From an uncultured Chloroflexia bacterium (GTDB lineage Bacteria; Chloroflexota; Limnocylindria; Limnocylindrales; CSP1-4), in NCBI GenBank assembly GCA_963833225.1, contig CAWHXD010000007.1, positions 548,426-612,425 on the forward strand: a stretch of DNA of 64,000 bases, read 5' to 3'. Shown here piece after piece: positions 21,140 to 30,960 of this stretch (position 1 is the stretch's first letter; each line of letters opens with the position of its first letter). A program made the translations under genes and the position numbers. The notes below the pieces were generated by a model. The model was not told the DNA's origin. It did not search any database and saw only the letters and a list, made by a program, of their open reading frames with translations.

Positions 21140-22191
21140 CCGACACGATCCTCGTCCTGGCCTGGCTCGTCCTGGCCCACCTCGTCGCGGACTTCGTGCT
21201 CCAGAACGACTGGATCGCGATCAACAAGGGAACGGGTGGCCGCACCGGTTGGTCGGCGCTGGGTGTCCACGGGTTTCATGTCGGGCTGTGCCTGGTCCCG
21301 TTCCTGTTCGCCTACGGCCTGCCCGCGGTGCTCTACATCGCGGTGGTGGTCACGACCCACATCCTCGTCGACCGCTGGAAGGTCAGGGCGACCCGCCGCG
21401 CGGAGCGCAGGGCGCTCGACGCGGCGCAGGCACGGCCCGGCGCCGCCGGCGGGGCGGCTGCGTCCGGGCTCGGCAGCGCGTGGACGCCGTGGCCCGGGAT
21501 GCTGTATCTCGCCGACCAGGTGCTGCACATCACCATCGCCCTCGTCGGATGGCTCGTGATCCTGGAGGGCGTGGCGCTCCAGCAGGGCTTCGTGGACGTC
21601 GTGAACACGGCGCTCCGGGGCTGGGACCGGGCCATCGTCCACGCCGCGATCCTGACCGGCGTGGTGCTCGTCTCGCTGTTCATCGTCAACACGCGGGCCG
21701 CCTACTACTTCGTGCTGGCCCTCGTGTCACCGCGTGAGCTGCCGGAACCCGCGTCGCAGCCGCAGCTCGCACAAGGATCTGGCTCCGCGCCGTCCCCCGC
21801 GGCTGGATACACGGTCCGCGTCGGACCGCTCGTGGCAACCGTGGAGCCTGGCGTGCACCCGGGTGAGCCGGCGCCGGACGAGACGGTCCCCGCGGAGCCC
21901 GCCTTGGCCCGCCAGCCCGCCGAGCCGCCCAGACCGGCCGTCCCAACCGGCGCGCCAGCTCGCATCGGCGCGACCATCGGTGCCCTCGAGCGGCTGCTCA
22001 TCGTGGCGTTCGTGCTGGTCAACGCCGAGGCGGCAGTCGGCCTGGTCATCGCGGCCAAGACCATCGCCCGCTTCAAGCAGCTCGACGACCGGGGCTTCGC
22101 GGAGTACTACCTGCTGGGCACGCTCGCCAGCGTCTCGGTCGCCTTCCTGAGCGCGGTCATCGCGAAGGCGGTGCTGGGCTCGATCCCGTAG
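21136..22191 (+). CDS. DUF3307 family membrane protein
   Basis: LAHLVADFVLQ, THILVD, DQVLH, IGALERLL, AAKTIARF, AEYYLLGTLAS; GTGA overlap with the satD-like stop. Confidence 0.85.
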   Translation: MTDTILVLAWLVLAHLVADFVLQNDWIAINKGTGGRTGWSALGVHGFHVGLCLVPFLFAYGLPAVLYIAVVVTTHILVDRWKVRATRRAERRALDAAQARPGAAGGAAASGLGSAWTPWPGMLYLADQVLHITIALVGWLVILEGVALQQGFVDVVNTALRGWDRAIVHAAILTGVVLVSLFIVNTRAAYYFVLALVSPRELPEPASQPQLAQGSGSAPSPAAGYTVRVGPLVATVEPGVHPGEPAPDETVPAEPALARQPAEPPRPAVPTGAPARIGATIGALERLLIVAFVLVNAEAAVGLVIAAKTIARFKQLDDRGFAEYYLLGTLASVSVAFLSAVIAKAVLGSIP

Positions 22192-22212
22192 GCGCCAGCC
22201 ACCGGCGGATCG

Positions 22213-24289
22213 TCAGACGAGGTTCCTGGGGATCCGCTCGCGCCACTCCCGTGTGAAGAACGGCTCGCCGTCGAGGGTCACGTCCAGGGCCACGGTCACG
22301 TCGAACGCGGCCTCGTCGGACGCGATGGTGCCGCGGGCCCCGATGTCGACATCGGCCCCGAAGCCGGACCAGCGGTAGACGACGTCGCTCTCGAGGCTGG
22401 CGTGCGCCGGGTCGGCATCCGACGCCGTCAGGACCAGCCGCTCGCTGCTGTACAGGCGGGACCCGTCCTCCTGGGTGCTGCCCCCGCCGTCGAAGATGGT
22501 GACGGCGACGGTCCCGCGCAGCACGTCCTCCTCGATCCGCCACTCTGGCTCGTCATCCTCGCCGGCGCCGACGTCGCGCATGGCGACCGGCTCGAGGCGG
22601 AACGGCGGGACGGCCAGGGTGGGCGCCGTCGCGGGCAGGACCGGCAGCTCGAGGCGCGATGCCAGTGCAGGTCCGTGGTGGACGCGGAGCTCGCCGGGCA
22701 GCGGCGACGGCCACAGCACCGGCCAGTAGCTCGTGAGGACGGTGAGCCGGACCCGGTTGCCGGGCGTGAAGCGATAGCCCGAGACCCGCAGCGGGACGCG
22801 GACCTCCTCGGCCGCCGCGGCGCCGGCCGGCATGGGCTCAGGGTCGGTGTCGGAGCGGCGGTGGGTCAGGTTGAGGACCCCCGTGGCGACCAGTGACGAC
22901 ACCCCGTCGGGCGTGACCTCGGACAGGCGCACGACGCAGGTCGCGACCGGCATCGACGCGGCCAGGTTGAGGACGGCGACCGGCGACCCGATGACCGTGA
23001 CGGGCGCCTCCAGCGGCGCCGAGGTATACGTCAGCCCGCGCAGCTCGTCGGGCCGCAGGTCGCGCGCGAGGCCGTTTGGGGCGCCGCCCGCGCCCCATGA
23101 GAGCGCGCCGGACGTGCCCACGGTCGCCCGGTGGGGGAGGGCATCGACGCTGGTCTCGATCGGTGGCTCCTCGCGGAGCTCGCCGCCGCCGTGAAGCCAG
23201 AGGTCGCGGCGTTCGGTGCCGGGCACCGGGAACGCGCCCGCGGCCCGCCACCGCCCGGGCCACTCGCCCGGGAACGGTTCCGGCCTTGCCCACTCCCGCT
23301 CGAACCAGACCAACGCGGGCTCCGTCTCCCAGCCGTTGTCGACGCCCTTCAGGTAGCGGTCGAAGAAGCGGACCAGCTCGTGGAGCCAGTCGAGGTTCGG
23401 TCCCGGGTAGGCGTCGTCCGGAAAGGAGTGGACCCAGTTGCCGACGAGGGTTCGCACGGCGGCGTTCGTGCACTGCTCCTGGATCCGGAGCGCGGCGTCC
23501 GGGTAGGCGTCGGTCCAGCCGGCGACCTGGAACACGGCGCACGCCAAGGCTTCGTACCCCGGAGCCAGCGATCCCCGGCGCCAGTACGGGCCGTCGGTCT
23601 GGTTGCGGATCCAGGCCATGAGCCAGGGTGGCGTCTGGTCCAGGCGCGCGTGCCACTCCTCGCGCCATCCGTCACCGCGGAACGGCGGGTGCGGCGGCAT
23701 CGCGTTCATGCCCAGCTGGCTGACGGCGTACTGGCACTTCTCGCTGGCGGTCACGCAGCCGCCGCGGATGTGGACATCATCCCGATACCGATCGTCCGTG
23801 GCATACATCGGCAGGATCGCGCGCAGGTGGGGCGGCCGCAGCCTGGCGACCTGGATCGACGTGAAGCCGCCGTACGAGATGCCCCACATGCCGACGTTGC
23901 CGATTGCACCACGGCTGGGCGGCCAGCCACTCGACGGCGTCGTACCCGTCGAGGGTCTCGGCCTCGGTGTACTCGTCCTCCGCGATCCCGGGCGAGGAGC
24001 CCGTGCCCCGGACGTCCAGCCGGCACAGCGCGAATCCGCGCGCCGCAAGCCATTCGCCGCGAGCGGTGTCGCTGTTCCGGCGCCAGTTGTCCTTGCCGTA
24101 CGGGATCATCTCGAGGATGGCGCCGAACCGCTGGTCGGGTTGCCCGGGGGAGGGGAGGGGCAGCCACAGGTTGGCGGACAGCTCGAGGCCGTCGCGGACA
24201 GGGATGCGCACATCCCAGCGGGTCTCGAAGGCGTGGTCAGGCCCGCTGGCGTCGAGGCGCCGGTCGGGGAGGGCGGAGCTTGTAGTCAT
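22213..24289 (-). CDS. CocE/NonD family (peptidase S15) hydrolase (frameshift near 23903)
   Basis: IPVRDGLELSA, PYGKD, DVRGTGSSPG; removing one base gives QPWCNGNVGMWGISYGG (nucleophile motif); PepX-like C-terminal domain. Confidence 0.9.
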
Positions 24290-24316
24290 CGGCCGGAGTC
24301 TAGGCTCCGGCCGGGG

Positions 24317-24675
24317 TCACGGCTGGCCGAGACTCGCGGTGAAGAACGCGACGAGGCGCTCGCGCTCGCGGGAATCCACCACGCGGCGAGCTCCTTGCCG
24401 GCGATGCCGGGGTCGCGCGACGCGAACCGGATCTCCTGGGGCTCGGGCATCGCGTACGTGGCCGACAGGTCCGGGTCCCAGCCCGTGGGCACCTTCCACG
24501 CCGCGGGCGTGTTCGCCTGGTCGTTGGGCCAGCAGGCCTGGGGGGCCCTGCCGACCTGGTCGTAGACGAACCAGGAGACCAGCCCATAGGCCAGGAGCCC
24601 GACGATGGCGACCACCGCCAGGCCGCCCAGCACCCATCTCCCCCGTGAGCGACGCCTCGCCGCTGCATGCATCAC
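24317..24675 (-). pseudogene. Internally deleted membrane-anchored alpha/beta hydrolase remnant
   Basis: N-terminal TM segment and ..IRFASRD..LAAWWIP, joined out of frame to ERLVAFFTASLGQP*; no catalytic core in between. Confidence 0.6.
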
Positions 24676-24781
24676 CCGAACCCCAACGTCGTCTCACCCC
24701 GGCGGGCCGTGCGAGCGTGATCGCCGCAGCTTCCGTCCGCCAGTGCCGACCGTAATGACGCCGCGAGGTACCGTTCGTGGC

Positions 24782-25348
24782 ATGACCGACCCGATCCTGG
24801 AACCGACCGTCGTGGGTCCCTGGCGACGACGGACGCGCACGACGGCCTATGGCAACTCATGGATCGAGGTGTTCCACGACGAGGTGGACCACCCTGATGG
24901 ATCGCCCGGCATCTACGGGGTGGTCCACTTCCGGAACGCCGCCGTCGGCGTGGTGGCCGTGGACGATACGGGCCGGATCCTGCTGGTGGGCCAGCACCGG
25001 TACACCCTCGATGCCTACAGCTGGGAGATCCCGGAGGGTGGCGCGGCGATCGACGAGGCGCCCGTCGAGGGTGCCGCGCGGGAGCTCGCCGAGGAGACCG
25101 GCTACGCGGCGGCCGAGTGGCGCGAGCTGTGCCGCTTCTCCCTGTCCAACTCGGTCACCGACGAGCGCGGCGTGGTGTTCGTCGCGACCGGGCTGCGGGC
25201 CGGCGCCGCCACCCCGGAGCCGAGCGAGGAGCTCGCCATCCGCTGGGCGACGCTGGACGAGACGCTCGCGGAGATCGACGCCGGGGAGATCCACGACCTC
25301 ATCACGATCGCGGGGGTGACCCGGTACGCGCTGGAGCTGCGCCCATGA
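24782..25348 (+). CDS. Nudix hydrolase (ADP-ribose pyrophosphatase-like)
   Basis: WEIPEGG..EGAARELAEETG Nudix box. Confidence 0.92.
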   Translation: MTDPILEPTVVGPWRRRTRTTAYGNSWIEVFHDEVDHPDGSPGIYGVVHFRNAAVGVVAVDDTGRILLVGQHRYTLDAYSWEIPEGGAAIDEAPVEGAARELAEETGYAAAEWRELCRFSLSNSVTDERGVVFVATGLRAGAATPEPSEELAIRWATLDETLAEIDAGEIHDLITIAGVTRYALELRP

Positions 25349-25519
25349 CCCCGGACGTGGGGTCGCGCGAGGCCGGCTCGTGACCCGGGGCCGGGGCGTC
25401 GCGGCCCGCCAGGCTCCGCACCCGACCGCTGACGTGCCGGGACGGCCGCCCGCCGGGCGTCGTGGAGGCCGTAGGATGCGGGCGCCGTTGGGGATCGAGG
25501 ACGCCGGAGGTGCGAGCAC

Positions 25520-26710
25520 GTGGTTCAGGAGGTGGACGTCGCGGTCGTGGGGCTGGGGGCCCTGGGATCGGGCGCCGCGTACTGGCTGTCGCGGCGGAGC
25601 GGGCTGCGGGTGCTGGGCCTCGAGCGGTTCGAGATGGGGCATCCGTACGGCGCGTCCGAGGACGTCAGCCGGATCATCCGCCGCAGCTACCACCGGCGCG
25701 ACTACGTCCGCCTGACCGCGCGCGCCTACGCCTCGTGGGCGGAGGTCGAGCGGCAGGGCGCCGCGCAGGTGGTGTTTCGCACGGGCGGCCTGGACGTCGG
25801 GCCGTCGCATCCCGATCACGGGTCCGAGGTGGACATCGAGCAGTATGCCGAGGCCATGGCCGCCGAGGCCGTGCCGTTCGAGCGCCTCGACGCCGCAGAG
25901 ATCATGCGCCGCTGGCCTGCCTGGCGCCTGGATGACGACCACGTGGGGCTGTACCAGGCGGACACCGGGATCGCGGACCCCTCGCGCGGCAACGCTGCCC
26001 ATCGCCGCCTGGCGCAGGAACAGGGCGCGGAGCTCCGGGTGCTCAGCCCCGTGGCTCGCCTCGAGGACGGGGGCGGGGAGGTCACCCTGGAGCTGGACGA
26101 CGGCGAGCGGATCCGCGCGGGGCGCGTGATCCTGGCGACCGATGCCTGGACCAACGACCTGCTGGCTCCGCTCGGCTGCGCCCTGCCGCTGACCGTGACC
26201 CAGGAGCAGGTGTCGTGGTTCACCCCGCGAGGGGACGCGGCGCTGTTCGCACCGGGCCGGTTCCCGACCTGGATCTGGATGGACGAGCCCAGCTTCTACG
26301 GCTTCCCGACCCACGGACACCCGGGCCCCAAGGTGGGCCAGGACGTCGGCGGCCGTGAGGTCACGCCGGAAACACGCACGTTCGACGTCGACCGTGCCGC
26401 CCTGGCCCGGACCATGACGTTCCTCGAGACGCGCCTCCCGGGCATGGCCGGGGAGCCATTCCTGACCAAGACGTGCCTGTACACGATGACCCCGGACCGG
26501 GACTTCATCGTGGACGCCGTCCCGGAGCACCCCAACGTCCTCGTCTGCCTCGGGTCGGCGCACGCGTACAAGTTCGCGTCGGTCCTGGGGCGGATCATGG
26601 CCGAGCTCGCCGTGGATGGCTCGACCCCATCCGCGCCGGAGCTCGAGGGGTTCCGGATCGACCGCCCCGTCCTGCGCGAGGCGGACCCGGAGCGCCGGTT
26701 CCTGATCTGA
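25520..26710 (+). CDS. solA: N-methyl-L-tryptophan oxidase / monomeric sarcosine oxidase family
   Basis: VVGLGALGS, SRIIRRSY, CLYTMTPDRDFIVD, HAYKFASVLG. Confidence 0.85.
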   Translation: MVQEVDVAVVGLGALGSGAAYWLSRRSGLRVLGLERFEMGHPYGASEDVSRIIRRSYHRRDYVRLTARAYASWAEVERQGAAQVVFRTGGLDVGPSHPDHGSEVDIEQYAEAMAAEAVPFERLDAAEIMRRWPAWRLDDDHVGLYQADTGIADPSRGNAAHRRLAQEQGAELRVLSPVARLEDGGGEVTLELDDGERIRAGRVILATDAWTNDLLAPLGCALPLTVTQEQVSWFTPRGDAALFAPGRFPTWIWMDEPSFYGFPTHGHPGPKVGQDVGGREVTPETRTFDVDRAALARTMTFLETRLPGMAGEPFLTKTCLYTMTPDRDFIVDAVPEHPNVLVCLGSAHAYKFASVLGRIMAELAVDGSTPSAPELEGFRIDRPVLREADPERRFLI

Positions 26711-26737
26711 GTCGTCCCAGCCCGGTGGTGGCGGCCG

Positions 26738-27853
26738 CTAGGCCCCGGTTGCGGCCTCCGTGGCCACGTGTCGCACGACGGCGGGCAGCGGCTGCCCTGA
26801 CTCGGCCAGCCAGCACGCCGCGGAACGGCCATCGCCCACCTGGATGAGGGGAGGCTCCTCCGTCCGGCAGCGCTCCATGATCCCCGCCTGCTCGGCAAGC
26901 GGGCAGCGCGGATGGAAGCGACAGCCGGTTGGGATGTGCGCGGCGTCCGGTGTCTCGCCCTCGAGGATCACCCTCCGTGCCCGGAGCCCGGGCTCCGGTG
27001 GCTCGGGCGTGGGCATGACCGAGACCAGGGCTCTGGTGTACGGGTGCCGGGGATCATGGATCACGTCCTCGGCCGGTCCGAGCTCCATGATCTTGCCGAG
27101 GTACATCACCGCGATGCGGTCGGCAATGACCCAGGCGACCGAGAGGTCGTGGGTGATGAACAGGTAGGTGAGGTCGCGCTGCCGGCGGAGATCCAGCATG
27201 AGGTTGAGGATCTCGGTCCGGATCGAGACATCGAGCATGCTGACCGGCTCGTCGGCGACCACGATCTTGGGGTCGAGGACCAGCGCGCCGGCGATCACGA
27301 CGCGCTGCCGCTGGCCGCCGGAGAGCTCGTGCGGATAGCGGAACGCGAAATCCGACGCCGGGCGCAGGCCGGCGGCATGGATGGCATCGAGGACGCGTCG
27401 CTCCCGCTCCGCGGCACTCAGGCCGAGGCTCTGGACCTCGAGCGGCTCGGCGACGAAGTCGTGGATGGTCTGTTTCGGGTTCAGCGTCTCGTACGGGTCC
27501 TGGAAGATCAGCTGGACGCGTCGCCGGTAGGCTCGCAGCGCATCGCCGCCCCAGGTGCCGGTGACATCCTCGCCCTCGAGCAGCATGCGTCCACCGGTCG
27601 GATGGGTGAGCTTGACGATGACGCGGCCGGTGGTCGTCTTGCCGCTCCCGGACTCACCCACGAGGCCCAGGACCTCGCCGCGCCGGAGCTCGAGATCGAT
27701 CCCATCGACGGCCCGCACGTAGCCCGCCGGCTTCCGCCGGATCAGGTCACGCAGGCCGCCCCGGATCGGGAAGTGGACCTCGAGGCCCTCGAGGCGGATC
27801 AGCACCTCGCCGTCGGGCGGCGTCTGGCCGCTCACCACCGGCTGCTCGCTCAC
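26738..27853 (-). CDS. Oligopeptide ABC transporter ATPase (OppF/DppF)
   Basis: [26 protein letters not shown]. Confidence 0.92.
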   Translation of the reverse strand: MSEQPVVSGQTPPDGEVLIRLEGLEVHFPIRGGLRDLIRRKPAGYVRAVDGIDLELRRGEVLGLVGESGSGKTTTGRVIVKLTHPTGGRMLLEGEDVTGTWGGDALRAYRRRVQLIFQDPYETLNPKQTIHDFVAEPLEVQSLGLSAAERERRVLDAIHAAGLRPASDFAFRYPHELSGGQRQRVVIAGALVLDPKIVVADEPVSMLDVSIRTEILNLMLDLRRQRDLTYLFITHDLSVAWVIADRIAVMYLGKIMELGPAEDVIHDPRHPYTRALVSVMPTPEPPEPGLRARRVILEGETPDAAHIPTGCRFHPRCPLAEQAGIMERCRTEEPPLIQVGDGRSAACWLAESGQPLPAVVRHVATEAATGA

Positions 27854-28956
27854 GACGCGGCCCCGACAACCGGCAGCACGCGAGGCGTGCCGTCATCGCC
27901 CGGCGGGTAGAGGTGGCAGGCGACCCGCACCTTGTCATCGAAACGGACCTCCGGCGGAACCTCCGTGCGGCAGACGTCCATCGCCGCGGGGCAGCGCGGT
28001 GCGAACCGGCAGCCCGGGGGTGGCGTCCGCAGGTCCGGCGGCGAGCCGGGGATCGTCCCCAGGTCCCGCCGGCCGGCCTTCACGTCGGGGAACGCCCGCA
28101 GGAGCATCTGCGTGTAGGGGTGGCGGGGGGACGCGAAGATCGTGCCCACCGGTCCCTCCTCGGCCACCCGCCCGGCGTACATGATCATCACCCGGTCGCA
28201 GGTCTCCGCCAGCACCGACAGGTCGTGGGTGATCAGGATGAGCGACAGTCCCAGCTTCTCGCGGAGGTCTTCGAGCAGCTCCAGGATCTGGGCCTGGACC
28301 ATCACGTCCAGCGCGGTCGTCGGCTCGTCGCCGATGATGATCGCCGGGTCGCAGGCCAGGGCCATCGCGATCATCGCTCGCTGGCGCATCCCGCCAGACA
28401 GCTCGTGGGGATAGGCTCGCGCCCGCGCCTTCGGGATCCCCACCAGCTCGAGGAGCTCGCGGGCCCGCTTGCCCGCGTCGGGTCGGGACAGGCCGAGGCG
28501 CTCCACGAGCGGCTCGGCGATCTGGTCGCCCACCCGCTGGACGGGGTTGAGCGCATTCATCGCGCCCTGGAAGATGATCGAGATCTCGCGCCAGCGGTAG
28601 CGGCGCAGCGCCGTCTCGCTCTTCTGGGCGAGGTCGATCCCGAACAGGCGGACGCTCCCCGAGACGACCTTGGCGTTGCTCGGCAGGAGCCGCAGGAGGG
28701 ACAGCGCCGTCGTCGTCTTGCCGCACCCCGACTCGCCGGCGATCCCGAGCGCCTCGCCATCGTCGAGCGTGAAGCTGACGTCATCGACGGCATGGACCAC
28801 GGCGTCGCCGAGCCGGAAGTGGGTTGAGAGCCCTTCCACCACCAGGAGCGGCGCTTCGGGATCGGCCTGCCTGGGCAGCGGCCACTGGCGCCGTCCGCGG
28901 ATGGTCGCGCGGTCCATTCCCGCGGTCGACGGCCCGCGGTCGGGTTGGAGCGTCAT
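27850..28956 (-). CDS. Oligopeptide ABC transporter ATPase (OppD/DppD)
   Basis: [26 protein letters not shown]. Confidence 0.92.
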   Translation of the reverse strand: MTLQPDRGPSTAGMDRATIRGRRQWPLPRQADPEAPLLVVEGLSTHFRLGDAVVHAVDDVSFTLDDGEALGIAGESGCGKTTTALSLLRLLPSNAKVVSGSVRLFGIDLAQKSETALRRYRWREISIIFQGAMNALNPVQRVGDQIAEPLVERLGLSRPDAGKRARELLELVGIPKARARAYPHELSGGMRQRAMIAMALACDPAIIIGDEPTTALDVMVQAQILELLEDLREKLGLSLILITHDLSVLAETCDRVMIMYAGRVAEEGPVGTIFASPRHPYTQMLLRAFPDVKAGRRDLGTIPGSPPDLRTPPPGCRFAPRCPAAMDVCRTEVPPEVRFDDKVRVACHLYPPGDDGTPRVLPVVGAAS

Positions 28957-29903
28957 CGTTTCAGGCCTGCCTTGGGGTTGAGGACGTCATCGAGGGCGTT
29001 GCCCACCAGCGTGAAGGCCAGGATCACGGCGACCACGCACACCGCCGGCGGCGCGATGTACCACCAGGCCCCGAGGCCCGGGGCTCCCGACTCCTGGGCG
29101 GCGTTGAGGAGCTGGCCCCAGGACGGTGAGGACGGATCGCCGAGGCCGATGAAGGACAGCGTGGTCTCCGTGAACACCGCGGCGGCAAACGTCAGCACCG
29201 TGTTGGCGACGATGAGGTTGAGCACGTTGGGCAGGATGTGGCGCCGCATGATGTGTCCGCTGCTGCCGCCGATCACGCGGGCGCGGTCCACGAACATCCG
29301 CTCCCGCACCGAGAGCGCCTGGGAACGGATGATCCGCGCCGTCGAGGCCCAGCTCGTGACGCCGATCACGATGACGATGACAAGCAGGGTCGCCCGGATC
29401 CCGAACAGCTCGGCGTCCACGCCGATGATGTCCAGGATGAGCGGGGTGAGGACAATCGCCAGGACGAACGTCGGCAGCACCAGGAAGAAGTCGGTGATGC
29501 GCATGAGGAACTGGTCCCAGCGCCCGCCGACATAGCCCGAGACGATCCCGATGACGGCGCCCAGGATGATCGTGATCGCCGTTGCCATGAGCCCGATCAC
29601 CATCGAGATCCGGGCGCCGTGGATCGTCAGGTTGAGCATGTCCCGGCCCGACTCGTCCGTGCCCAGGAGATGCGTTGCGGAGGGCGGCTCGAGCGACGTG
29701 CCGGTGGCCGTGGTGACCGTCTGGAGGGGCCCGACGAGCAGGTCCGGGGCCAGCGCGAGGAAGGCGAAGAACAGGAGCAGGACCAGGCCAACGAGGCCGT
29801 CGCTGCGACCGGCGAACCGGCGGCCGAAGTCTCGCCAGCCGCGCAGGCGAAGGCGCCAGCGCTCGTTGCGCAGGTTGGGCGTGGGCGCCGTGCCGGCGGT
29901 CAT
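28953..29903 (-). CDS. Oligopeptide ABC permease (OppC/DppC)
   Basis: HLLGTDESGRD, RHILPNV, LSFIGLG. Confidence 0.92.
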   Translation of the reverse strand: MTAGTAPTPNLRNERWRLRLRGWRDFGRRFAGRSDGLVGLVLLLFFAFLALAPDLLVGPLQTVTTATGTSLEPPSATHLLGTDESGRDMLNLTIHGARISMVIGLMATAITIILGAVIGIVSGYVGGRWDQFLMRITDFFLVLPTFVLAIVLTPLILDIIGVDAELFGIRATLLVIVIVIGVTSWASTARIIRSQALSVRERMFVDRARVIGGSSGHIMRRHILPNVLNLIVANTVLTFAAAVFTETTLSFIGLGDPSSPSWGQLLNAAQESGAPGLGAWWYIAPPAVCVVAVILAFTLVGNALDDVLNPKAGLKR

Positions 29904-30919
29904 CGCCGCACCCTTGGGTCGAGGAAGCCGTAGATGATGTCCGCCACGAAGTTGGCGAGCACCACCGACACGCTCAGGACCAGGAAGACGCCCTGGATGA
30001 CCGGGTAGTCGCGAGACCCGAGGGCGTCAACGGTGAGCGTCCCCAGGCCGGGCCAGTTGAACACGATCTCGGCCGTGATCGCCCCACCGACGACGTAGCC
30101 GAGGTTGATCGCGATCAAGGTGACGGCGGGCAGCATCGCGTTGGGCAGGGCGTGCGAGCGGAGGATCTTGCCGTCCGGCAGACCCTTCGCTCGCGCCGTC
30201 CCGATGTAGTCCTCCGCGCGGGTCTCGGTGATCGATGAGCGCATGAGGATGGAGTAGCCACCGATCAGGCCCAGGCTGATCGTGGCCAGCGGCAGCACGA
30301 GGTGCCTGCCGAGGTCGGTGAGGAACTCCACCGGTCCCGGGTACGTGGCGCCGGCAGTGAGCATGCCCGAGGTCGGGAACCAGCCCAGGCCCGCCGCGAA
30401 GATGATGATCAGCGGCATGCCGATCACGAAGTACGGCATGGAGTACAGGATGAGGCTGACACCGTTGCCGATGCGATCGGCCATCCCCCCTCTCCGCCAT
30501 CCCGTATAGGCCCCCAGGCCCAGGCCGAAGATGATCGCGATCACCTCGGCCAGGCCGATGAGCATGATCGTGGGCCAGAACCGGTCGCCGATGACCTTGG
30601 TGACCAGCTGGCCCTGGAACTTGATCGAGTAGCCGAGATCACCCTGGAGCGTCGAGCCGACGAATGCGAACAGCTGGTTGTCCGCGTTCACTTCGAACGA
30701 GGGGGGATCGAGCGAGACCCCGATGGGGAGCAGCGGCTTGTCCAGGCCCCAGCGAGCCTTGGCGGCCTGCCGCTGCTCCGCGGTGATGTTCGGGTTCCGC
30801 GGGTTCACGCGATCAGGGGAACCCGGCATCATCCTGAACAGGATGAAGTTGAGCAGCACGATCATGGCGATCGTGAAGATCGCCTGAAGCGACTGCCGGA
30901 CCAGGTACCGGGCGTTCAC
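29900..30919 (-). CDS. Oligopeptide ABC permease (OppB/DppB)
   Basis: MMPGSP, GDLGYS, DYIGTARAKGL, RDYPVIQG. Confidence 0.92.
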   Translation of the reverse strand: MNARYLVRQSLQAIFTIAMIVLLNFILFRMMPGSPDRVNPRNPNITAEQRQAAKARWGLDKPLLPIGVSLDPPSFEVNADNQLFAFVGSTLQGDLGYSIKFQGQLVTKVIGDRFWPTIMLIGLAEVIAIIFGLGLGAYTGWRRGGMADRIGNGVSLILYSMPYFVIGMPLIIIFAAGLGWFPTSGMLTAGATYPGPVEFLTDLGRHLVLPLATISLGLIGGYSILMRSSITETRAEDYIGTARAKGLPDGKILRSHALPNAMLPAVTLIAINLGYVVGGAITAEIVFNWPGLGTLTVDALGSRDYPVIQGVFLVLSVSVVLANFVADIIYGFLDPRVRR

Positions 30920-30960
30920 CCGCGGCTACCTCGAGCGACGGAGGACAGGGAGGTGGCCGG

